Shown: piece after piece, positions 34,646 to 42,983 of the stretch | How positions within the stretch are numbered: the stretch's first letter is position 1 | How the letters are laid out: every line of letters begins with the position of its first letter | Source of the DNA: Candidatus Kerfeldbacteria bacterium RIFCSPLOWO2_02_FULL_42_19 | Lineage (GTDB): Bacteria > Patescibacteriota > Patescibacteriia > HO2-48-17 | Reading direction: 5' to 3' | NCBI GenBank assembly: GCA_001818315.1 | Contig: MHKF01000012.1 | Location: 23,976 to 87,975 of the forward strand | Length of the DNA stretch: 64,000 nt | Program-made: the position numbers and the translations under genes | The notes under the pieces: model-generated | The model's database searches: none | Seen by the model: only the letters and a program-made list of their open reading frames with translations | What the model was told of the DNA's origin: nothing

Positions 34646-35323
34646 ATGAATAAAATATTTTCTCTTTTCCTCATCGCTACAACGCTCATTCTTGGTGGGT
34701 GCGCTCTTTCTTCCAAGAATCAGGAAAATAATTCCAATGCATCCACCAACGCGTCCGCAAAAAATACCTCTTCAGTGAATGCCCAGACTTCAAACAGTTT
34801 TGTTTCGAATACGAAAGCAACAACGTCCAATGACGAAACCGACGCTGCCGTTGTCGAACTTGGCCACGGATATGCCATTTCCCTGCCATCGGGATGGAAA
34901 GTGACTGATCGAGAAGAGAGACAGGAGAGTGCCTTTGTCCCGTCTGCAGGTCCGGAAATAACGACCACAATTCATCAAATTTCACGTGAAGATCTTTTCG
35001 ATCCCGCGGTCGTGTTTGAAACCTTCCCGGTTAATGCTTCTCTCAGTGCTCAAGAGGTGGCCCAGCTCGCAGACATCACCTGCAAGAAGCCGGGCGCTTC
35101 TGAGGAGGTGAAGATTGCTTCTCTTCCTGGATATGTCGTAACCAGATCTTCCGATTTTTGCGAGGATGGGACAGGAATTACTTTTCAAAAATACTACTTT
35201 CTGAAAAAGCAGGGAAGTCCCCAGACCCTCATGGCGATATTTTATGCCGAATCCGAAGCAGAATACAATCAGCTGAAGAATGACTTTGATGCCATCCTTC
35301 AGTCTGTGAGTTTAGCTGAGTAA
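34646..35323 (+). CDS. Lipoprotein, PsbP/Mog1p-like
   Basis: Lipobox LGGC, N/S/T linker, GYAISLPSGW, C-terminal FDAILQSV. Confidence 0.75.
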   Translation: MNKIFSLFLIATTLILGGCALSSKNQENNSNASTNASAKNTSSVNAQTSNSFVSNTKATTSNDETDAAVVELGHGYAISLPSGWKVTDREERQESAFVPSAGPEITTTIHQISREDLFDPAVVFETFPVNASLSAQEVAQLADITCKKPGASEEVKIASLPGYVVTRSSDFCEDGTGITFQKYYFLKKQGSPQTLMAIFYAESEAEYNQLKNDFDAILQSVSLAE

Positions 35324-35441
35324 TATTCTCGACAGCATCTTTTGTGTCTGGCAAAGTAGAGCCCTCGCGTCTCGAGGCTTTGGTCGGGATCCCCCGATGT
35401 ACGTCGGGCGGTTCTTCGTAACGAGTATTTTTTGCGGACAT

Positions 35442-36362
35442 TTAATTTGGTTCAATAATAATCATCAATTTTTCTCCACTTTCCACGTTTCCATTATTCC
35501 AATCGTGGATCGCGTTCATGAGTGTTGATGCCTTATACACATAACCTTCACCGCGTTTGGTGCCTGGATCATTGGTAATAAAATTGTCATCTTTAGTGTA
35601 GCCGCGAATAACGAGCATGTGATACAGTGGACCTTCGCCGGTAAAGTAAGGGTTACCAAGCATACGCCCAGCAGCTGGAATCATCACGGGAAAACCTTGC
35701 GTGAGCGCTGCTTTGATAGTTTCTATTTTTGCTGGTTCCACACGTACGTTCGTGTATCCCCATAGGTCTTGTATGAATCGAGCGGTTTCTTGAGCGGTTG
35801 TGTCTTTATAAAATCCATAATACTGTTCTTGAAAATCTACAAGATCGAGAATTTTTTTGTCAGCGCGCGCTGGATCAAGCGTGAGATTTGTATAGAAAGC
35901 GTGGACCATGAGCGCTGCCGCTTCCTCACATGCTTCTTGGTAGGGGAGCGCCCAATTCGCGTACGGCGCTTGTGACGTGAATGGCACCGCGAGATTGATG
36001 GATTCCGGAATAATAGCGTTGGGTTTTTTGATTTCGGTCGTGTCCTGAGTAGTTTGCTCTTGCGGCATCGCTGATTCATTTGCAAATTCGAGAGTGTTCA
36101 GCTGTTCGGTCTCGAGATTTTTTTGCGTTGTTTCTGCCGGTGCATTGGATGTTGCGTTTGTTACTTCGTCGACGTTTTGTACTTCTCCATCATTTATATT
36201 TTGCAGCTGTTGTACCTCTGCATAACTTTGTGCTTGAGGTAGACTTGATTGAATGCTTGCTCGTTGCCAACTTTCATATGTTTCTCGAAGGCGCGCACGC
36301 AATAAAAATCCAATACCTACGACTAGGATGAGGATGAAGAGTATTTCAAATTTTTTGTACAT
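35442..36362 (-). CDS. Membrane-anchored C39-like cysteine peptidase
   Basis: VPFTSQAP..QEACEEAA, HMLVIRGY, TNDPG; ATG at 36362. Confidence 0.85.
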   Translation of the reverse strand: MYKKFEILFILILVVGIGFLLRARLRETYESWQRASIQSSLPQAQSYAEVQQLQNINDGEVQNVDEVTNATSNAPAETTQKNLETEQLNTLEFANESAMPQEQTTQDTTEIKKPNAIIPESINLAVPFTSQAPYANWALPYQEACEEAAALMVHAFYTNLTLDPARADKKILDLVDFQEQYYGFYKDTTAQETARFIQDLWGYTNVRVEPAKIETIKAALTQGFPVMIPAAGRMLGNPYFTGEGPLYHMLVIRGYTKDDNFITNDPGTKRGEGYVYKASTLMNAIHDWNNGNVESGEKLMIIIEPN

Positions 36363-36425
36363 GTTTGGACTGCAATGATTCCGCTCTGCGGAGGTTGTGT
36401 GTAACTTTTCTAACACGACCTTTTA

Positions 36426-36589
36426 AGGGTCTGTCGCCGAATACCATTTCTGCTGCAATCGTAGAATTTCGGTCAGCATCGTTTCAAAATTTTTCGGCTT
36501 ATATTCCATATAAACCTCAAAATTTATTCAGCGATTCTGTCACGAAATTCTACGATTTCGTGACGAAAGCGTATTCGGCGACAGACCCT
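36426..36589. mobile_element. MITE, cargo-A type (copy 4, inverted relative to copy 2)
   Basis: TIR AGGGTCTGTCGCCGAATAC at both ends, TTA flanks. Confidence 0.85.
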
Positions 36590-36598
36590 TTAAACAGG

Positions 36599-36627
36599 AA
36601 GACAGCCGAACTATGACTGGCTGTCTT
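36599..36627. terminator. Hairpin/terminator
   Basis: AAGACAGCCG..CTGGCTGTCTT. Confidence 0.55.
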
Positions 36628-36852
36628 GGGGAACAATGAATGTACTGGTTGTATTTCGCTGTTAGTTTTATTTTAGCGCCGAAGTTTTCTGGTTTCAAGC
36701 TTCGTTGGTCTACCGATCAGGGAGCGATGATTGAAAGAGTGCTGTTGAAGTCGCAAGCCACTATTTCTTTTCCATTTGAATCCTCCTTGATTCAGTTTGG
36801 TTGTTGGTTGCAAAAATCGCAATAGAACTACGAAAGACATATAAGCACGAGC

Positions 36853-39663
36853 ATGATTGACAGTCAAGATTTTGTGTTTGCGATGTTTTTATGCTGTAAT
36901 TATTCTATGTTTTGTTTTCAATCTTTACATTATTTCGCAAATTATCTGAAGCGTGCATTTTATAGTATTTTGCGAATATTACGATGTCGCACTCTTTATG
37001 TTTTCGCAATCGTGATCTTCATCACCGTTATTGTCGACTCGACGCCTCTTCTCGCTGCGGAAAATTTTGAAGCACCGGATTTTCAGGTCACACTGAGGGT
37101 TGCTGTAGCGCCCCAAGATATTGCTCCTCAAGCACAAGGAAGTTCGCTTCAGCAACTTGTGCGACAGGTTTTGAGGTTTTTCGCTCCTTTCGATCGCGTT
37201 GCACAAGCAACTTCATCTGTGGACGCGAAAACATTCGTTTCAACCGAACCTGTATGGATGCAATTACTTCGTGCTGTGTCACGCCCCGAACCCACACTCA
37301 TTTTTGTTTTTCTTTTTCTCGCATCCCTTTGCTATGCGCTATATGTGACGCGTGGGACAAAACATTTTTTTACTTTATTTTACAAGCCTCGCGCGCATCT
37401 CTTTCATCATCTCGCAAGGCGGAATTCGACCGGAACGTACCTTCACTCGTATGCGCGTTTTCATCTCCATGCTTTCCTTTCGAAGCACTTTGCGCTCGTC
37501 AGCGGTTTTCTCTTATTCGCGAAAGTTACTGTTGTCGCTGGCCTTGCAACTTTACTGTTGGATTTTCCGTTGCTTTCACGCGCTACTGAGCGTGATGTGC
37601 CTGTGTTTCCGGGGGCAATGCTTACATATCACATCGAATATGATAATCAAAGCGATACATCTCTTTCGCGAGTTCAATTTTCTCACGTATTTCCTCCTGG
37701 CACCGCGTATGTTCCCGGAACGTTTCTTTGGAATAACATCTCTCTCACTGATGTAGCTGATGAAGACGGATTTACGATAACCGACGGTGGATTTACTTTA
37801 CAATCGAATCAACTGCCAGTCGGCACAGGATCGTTTTCGTGGAACCTACGAGTCGCTCATCCTGCTCAAACGAACGCTATCGCAAGTAAAGTTGGATATC
37901 AAATAGATGACGGATTGTTGCAACAAACGAATACTTTCGTGAATCCGGTTGTTACTTTGACGATTTCAGGCAAGGCTTTTTATGATGTGAATCGCAATAA
38001 TGTTTTTGACGCAACGACTGAAACCGGCATCGCCGATGTTCACTTCGCTTTGTATGAAGATACGAATCAGAGCGACGTGTTTGACGGAACTGATACACTG
38101 CTTGCGGAAATGAATACTGCGGAACAAGGCCTCTATCATTTTTCGGGTTTGCGTCCAGGACTTTTTTTTGTAAAAGTTGTGGATGCTCGTGAGGGTCCTT
38201 ATGAACTTCTCGGTGGCTTTCAGGAGGTGCGATTGCAGGCGCTGGAGAGTGTCTCGAGTCAAGACGTCGCTTATATTTTACCTGATGTTGCGCAGAAATC
38301 GACGGTAATGTTCGGTACGCTTTGGCATGATATCGATCGTAATCAACAACATGATGATGGCGAGACGAATTTTAGTGATATAGAGTTACGTTTGTATCGC
38401 GATGCAGCGCACAAGGGTGTTTTGGAAACTCTGAATGATACACTTGTTGCAAGTACGTTCACGGATGAGGACGGTCGATTTCGATTTTTAATTCCAGAAG
38501 AAGGTGATTATTTTGTCCTGGTGTTGATGGAACGATTGCCGCAGGGGTATACATTGACGACCGCTAACCAACCGAAGCGTATTGCTGTGGACGTGGATAC
38601 ATCGGAAACGAATGTCGATAGTTTTGGATATGCATTGCCAACGAGCAGCATCGGTGACGAAGTTTTTGAGGATAGCAATAATAATACCTTGCATGATGCC
38701 ACTGAAGCTGGATTTTCTGATGTGCAAGTGCTGTTGTATCGTGACGATGGCTCGGAGCAATTCGAAGAAGCTTTGGATAATCGTATTGCTGAAACTTTTA
38801 CCGATTCCCAAGGGAAATATCTCTTTTCTCATGTAGCTTCGGGAGGGTACTTTGTAATGATTGACACTGCGACACTTCCGGACGAATCCGGATATCGTTT
38901 GACGACAGCTTCCAATCCTCGCTTTGTTGAAATTGTGATCGATACAGATCAAATGAACCTTCTTTCCGATTTTGGGTTTCGTTCGGAAACAGTAGGGAAT
39001 GATATTCCCTCTTCGTCTGGGTCTCAGTCCAATATCGGCACCGGAGCGACTCCACAATCCGCATCATCACGCATGACTACTCAGTCTGCTCAGGTTCCAA
39101 CGGAGACTATTCCTCAAACGAAACTGAATGTTGTACAGAAACCTGTGTCAGATACTCCGCAAGAGCCTGCAGTTACCACGCTTGATGTTGATTCCGATAC
39201 TGACGCTACATTATCTCCACAGAGTGTGGCGCAATCTGAGCAATCTGCTGGCGATAGTGTTCCAACTGTAACGCCGCAGCCAGTTACCACCGAATCTGAT
39301 TCTTCTGGGGAGGGTTTACAAATACAAAATGATACGGGTTATAAGAGTCGTCCTGTTACTTTACGTCCGTGGGCCACAGAAGATGCTTCGCAGGCTGCAT
39401 TCGAGAATCTCCAAAGACAACTTATGCAGTATGCGGTACGTTTGACTCCGTATGCGGCTTCCGTTTCCTGGTTGGAAACTCCGACGCAACGTTTTTCTGT
39501 GTTTCCTCATACACTCTTGCCTATTATCTTTTTTGTTATTGTTCTTTCATATTGTCTTATGTTGCTTCATGCGTCGGAACGTTCAAAATTTTCACACCGC
39601 TCATCCGTTGTTTATAGTCGCAAAAAGCCTCGTCGCAAAACGTATGCGCGCGTTAGTGAATAA
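36853..39663 (+). CDS. Surface protein with DUF11-like and SdrD B-like domains (start uncertain; ATG 36907 possible)
   Basis: PGAMLTYHIEY..YVPGT; three GxxxxDxxxNxxxD..E.G..DV.LYxD repeats; S/T/P linker; C-terminal TM and basic tail. Confidence 0.8.
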   Translation: MIDSQDFVFAMFLCCNYSMFCFQSLHYFANYLKRAFYSILRILRCRTLYVFAIVIFITVIVDSTPLLAAENFEAPDFQVTLRVAVAPQDIAPQAQGSSLQQLVRQVLRFFAPFDRVAQATSSVDAKTFVSTEPVWMQLLRAVSRPEPTLIFVFLFLASLCYALYVTRGTKHFFTLFYKPRAHLFHHLARRNSTGTYLHSYARFHLHAFLSKHFALVSGFLLFAKVTVVAGLATLLLDFPLLSRATERDVPVFPGAMLTYHIEYDNQSDTSLSRVQFSHVFPPGTAYVPGTFLWNNISLTDVADEDGFTITDGGFTLQSNQLPVGTGSFSWNLRVAHPAQTNAIASKVGYQIDDGLLQQTNTFVNPVVTLTISGKAFYDVNRNNVFDATTETGIADVHFALYEDTNQSDVFDGTDTLLAEMNTAEQGLYHFSGLRPGLFFVKVVDAREGPYELLGGFQEVRLQALESVSSQDVAYILPDVAQKSTVMFGTLWHDIDRNQQHDDGETNFSDIELRLYRDAAHKGVLETLNDTLVASTFTDEDGRFRFLIPEEGDYFVLVLMERLPQGYTLTTANQPKRIAVDVDTSETNVDSFGYALPTSSIGDEVFEDSNNNTLHDATEAGFSDVQVLLYRDDGSEQFEEALDNRIAETFTDSQGKYLFSHVASGGYFVMIDTATLPDESGYRLTTASNPRFVEIVIDTDQMNLLSDFGFRSETVGNDIPSSSGSQSNIGTGATPQSASSRMTTQSAQVPTETIPQTKLNVVQKPVSDTPQEPAVTTLDVDSDTDATLSPQSVAQSEQSAGDSVPTVTPQPVTTESDSSGEGLQIQNDTGYKSRPVTLRPWATEDASQAAFENLQRQLMQYAVRLTPYAASVSWLETPTQRFSVFPHTLLPIIFFVIVLSYCLMLLHASERSKFSHRSSVVYSRKKPRRKTYARVSE

Positions 39664-41422
39664 AAAAGTACAAACACTCCCGCAAGAGCCGGGTGTGTAT
39701 TTTTTTCGTAATGCAAAAAACGCGGTGTTATATGTTGGGAAGGCTAAGAATTTACGTAAGCGAGTTTCTTCTTATTTCCAACATTCAAGTCTTGCGTCCG
39801 ATAAAGAAAAAATGGTGACGGAAATTGTTGACCTCGAGTGCATGATCGTCCATTCAGAAACCGAGGCGTTGCTTCTCGAGACTTCCATGATCAAGAAATA
39901 TCGACCGCAGTATAACATTGTTCTCAAAGATGATCGCAATTTTTCTTACATCAAGGTTACTGTTCAAGAGTCTTTTCCCCGGGTGTTCGTTGTGCGTCAG
40001 ATGATTGCGGACGGTAGTAAATATTTTGGACCGTTTCTTTCGATAGCGAGCGTGTATGAGACGTTGCGTGTTCTTCGTACGCTTTTTCCCTTTCGCACGT
40101 GTACGAATATGCCGAAGCGCCCGTGCTTGGAATATCATCTCGGGCGATGTGTTGCACCGTGTGCGATCGAAGAGGGACGACAAGAATATCCTCAATTGAT
40201 TGCCGAAGTTTGCGCTTTCTTACGGGGCGATGCTGCTTTTCTCCTTCGCGCGTTGGAACAAAAAATGCAGACTGCCGCTCGTCGTTTTGAATATGAGAAA
40301 GCCGCACGTTTTCGTGATCAGATAACAGCGATCCGTCGAGTGATGAGTAAACAGCATGTTATTTCACTCCATGATGAATCTCAGGATGTAGTCAGTGTCG
40401 CAAAGTTTGGCGTTCATGCTGCGGTGCACATTTTTTTTGTTCGGCGAGGGCAGGTGAGTGGACAAGCAAAGTTTCCCCTTGAGCATGTTGAAAGCGCTGA
40501 TGAATCTCAAATACTCGAAGCTTTTCTTGCGCAGTACTATACGCAAGTAGCTGAATTACCAAAAGAAGTGATTGTTCCACATCCTGTGTCCGCGGCTTTG
40601 CGAGGAATCAAATGTACCGTACCCAAACGGGGTCACAAGCGAAAGTTATTGCTGATGGGTCAGAAGAACGCCCTTGCCTTTGTTCAGGCAACCTACGCGC
40701 ATAAGAAGATTAACGTTCAGCACACTCATCAATCTCTTGAGGAGCTTCAAACAATTCTACATCTTTCAACGTTGCCACGTCGCATAGAAGTGTATGATAT
40801 TTCGAATATTCAGGGTTATGAAGCAGTTGGTTCGATGATTGTTTTTGTAGAAGGCAAAGCACGTAAAGATCAGTATCGAAAATTTAAGATTCACAGTATT
40901 GATACTCCGAACGATTTTGCTATGCTTCAGGAGGTTTTATTTCGTAGATTCAAACGTCATCGTGAGTGGGGTACGCCCAATCTTTTGCTCATCGATGGAG
41001 GTAAAGGTCAACTGAGTAGCGTGATTCAAGTATTGGACGCTTTAGGTATTCAAATTCCAGCTGCAGCTTTAGCGAAGCGCGAAGAAGATATTTTTGTACA
41101 GCACAGAGATGCTAAAAATAACGTGCAAAAATTCCCTTTTTCTTTTCAAAGTATAAGATTACCGAAAGACTCGCCAACCCTTTTATTACTCCGACGCATG
41201 CGCGATGAAGCTCATCGTTTTGCGATTGAGTTTTATCGCAAGCGCCATCGTAAAGTTCTTACGCGTTCACTCCTGGATGAGGTTCCCGGTATTGGCCCTC
41301 AACGTAAGAAAGCACTTTTGAATCGTTTTGGGTCCGTTCAAAATATTGCGCGCGCGTCGGATCTCGAGCTTCTTTCACTTATCGGCGTTCAAGCAACGCA
41401 AGCTATCCGCAGTTTTCTTTAA
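39644..41422 (+). CDS. uvrC: Excinuclease ABC subunit C
   Basis: GIY-YIG (PGVYFF..YVGKAKNLRKRV), YDISN, IDGGKGQ, RDEAHRFA, HhH; start at 39644 rather than 39452. Confidence 0.97.
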   Translation: MRALVNKKVQTLPQEPGVYFFRNAKNAVLYVGKAKNLRKRVSSYFQHSSLASDKEKMVTEIVDLECMIVHSETEALLLETSMIKKYRPQYNIVLKDDRNFSYIKVTVQESFPRVFVVRQMIADGSKYFGPFLSIASVYETLRVLRTLFPFRTCTNMPKRPCLEYHLGRCVAPCAIEEGRQEYPQLIAEVCAFLRGDAAFLLRALEQKMQTAARRFEYEKAARFRDQITAIRRVMSKQHVISLHDESQDVVSVAKFGVHAAVHIFFVRRGQVSGQAKFPLEHVESADESQILEAFLAQYYTQVAELPKEVIVPHPVSAALRGIKCTVPKRGHKRKLLLMGQKNALAFVQATYAHKKINVQHTHQSLEELQTILHLSTLPRRIEVYDISNIQGYEAVGSMIVFVEGKARKDQYRKFKIHSIDTPNDFAMLQEVLFRRFKRHREWGTPNLLLIDGGKGQLSSVIQVLDALGIQIPAAALAKREEDIFVQHRDAKNNVQKFPFSFQSIRLPKDSPTLLLLRRMRDEAHRFAIEFYRKRHRKVLTRSLLDEVPGIGPQRKKALLNRFGSVQNIARASDLELLSLIGVQATQAIRSFL

Positions 41423-41448
41423 AAGAATTTACTTTTTATCTTACGTAA

Positions 41449-42840
41449 TCACCGATCTTGATCTGGAGTGAATTCGTAAGCCCCAAGATCATATTTTGCA
41501 TTACCGTCATTATTACCATCAACTGGTCGTGGAAAATTTCGTACATCTATCTCAGGTCCATCCTCTGCTTTGTCTATTGTTGGTGACTTAGAGCCTGGCA
41601 CGTGAGTATCTCCAATAAAATCTGGATTTCCCCAAAGAACATCTGGATCATTACAGAGATCGCTACAAGTTCCATTCGGTGACCAGAGTAGAGATGTTCG
41701 TCCATCATTAAAATCTGGATAGTTGATATTCTGCATAGGTGTTTCTCCACCTGTTATAATTGAGTGACTTATTTGTACGCGTCCTCCACAATTTTCAGTG
41801 CATTGAATCCCCACTCGATTTCCTTCTATCGTAGAGTTTATTAATTCAATGATTCCGCTCGTATTTGTTTCTATACCAATATCTGCATAATCAATATCCA
41901 AATTCATCATATCCATTCCACTACGATCCTGTAATTCTATGCCGCCTTCTTTTACTCGCGTTCGACTTGTGCGCATGTACGTGTCGCCATACATAGTGAT
42001 AGCTCCTGAACCGCCAATAATATCTACATTTCGTGGAAAAAAGTGGCTAGTATCTTTAAGGATTACGCCATAGGTTCCTGTAATTTCAGAATCTCTTGGA
42101 TATGCATAAGAGTTCCCTTCTAAAATAAGTGTCGCATTACTATTCGGATTCCAAGCTTCAAATTTAGAATTGTAAATATTACTACGTGCATTGATCAAAC
42201 GCATTGCAGAGCTTTCTCTGCCCCCGTCAATATTGAGGTTTTTGACATTTACTTCAATTGTGTCGTGTAGGGTCACTGTTGTACAACTTTCATTCTCTGG
42301 CGTTTTTATGGTTGGATGGTTTTGAGAATTTCCTTGAATAGTAGTGGTTTGTTTATTATCTACTACAATACATTCTCTATAGGCGGTGCCGTCTTCTTTT
42401 GTATCGATCCAGACGATCTCTGTCTCACGCGCAGCGTCGATTGCTGCTTGTACCGTTTGATATTCACAGGGCACCATGCGATATTCATCCTTTGGATTTA
42501 CGATACATTTATTGGGCCCATCGATAGTATCACAAGCATCTCCAACTCTGTCTCCATCTCGATCATTTTGATCCGGATTTGCTACATTTGGACAATTATC
42601 GATACTATCACACACTTTGTCATTATCAACATCATTACATCTTTTATCTGTTAATTTTTTGGATATCAAGTCTGATATCACTGGAGTATTTTTGGTGTAA
42701 CCTCCTATAAAACCGGCTGCGATCCCACCTCCAATAGCAAGCGTTGCTGCGCTAATAGCCACGGTAATAATGATTTTTTCTGCGGCCACTTTTGTTTGAC
42801 TTTTTGTCGTAATCGGACTGGGTAGTTTTTTGTTTGGCAT
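41449..42840 (-). CDS. Membrane-anchored TSP3-repeat / right-handed beta-helix protein
   Basis: TM anchor, DNCPNVANPDQNDRDGDRVGDACD, YQTVQAAIDAA, C-terminal SPTID..DLGAYE (choice-of-anchor Q-like). Confidence 0.8.
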   Translation of the reverse strand: MPNKKLPSPITTKSQTKVAAEKIIITVAISAATLAIGGGIAAGFIGGYTKNTPVISDLISKKLTDKRCNDVDNDKVCDSIDNCPNVANPDQNDRDGDRVGDACDTIDGPNKCIVNPKDEYRMVPCEYQTVQAAIDAARETEIVWIDTKEDGTAYRECIVVDNKQTTTIQGNSQNHPTIKTPENESCTTVTLHDTIEVNVKNLNIDGGRESSAMRLINARSNIYNSKFEAWNPNSNATLILEGNSYAYPRDSEITGTYGVILKDTSHFFPRNVDIIGGSGAITMYGDTYMRTSRTRVKEGGIELQDRSGMDMMNLDIDYADIGIETNTSGIIELINSTIEGNRVGIQCTENCGGRVQISHSIITGGETPMQNINYPDFNDGRTSLLWSPNGTCSDLCNDPDVLWGNPDFIGDTHVPGSKSPTIDKAEDGPEIDVRNFPRPVDGNNDGNAKYDLGAYEFTPDQDR

Positions 42841-42983
42841 ATTTATTATTTTATTAACTTTTGCGAATTTTGCTTTTTTTCGGTTTATTATTTATGAATA
42901 ATAGCATATTTTTGAACAAAAGTAAATTTTTTTCGTATCGAGTTTGATATCACACTCGTATCGGACCTTCGCAATATATTTTT

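Noticed and set aside
39452-39643. N-terminal extension of UvrC in the ORF track
   Set aside because: Overlaps the upstream gene; homology begins near 39644
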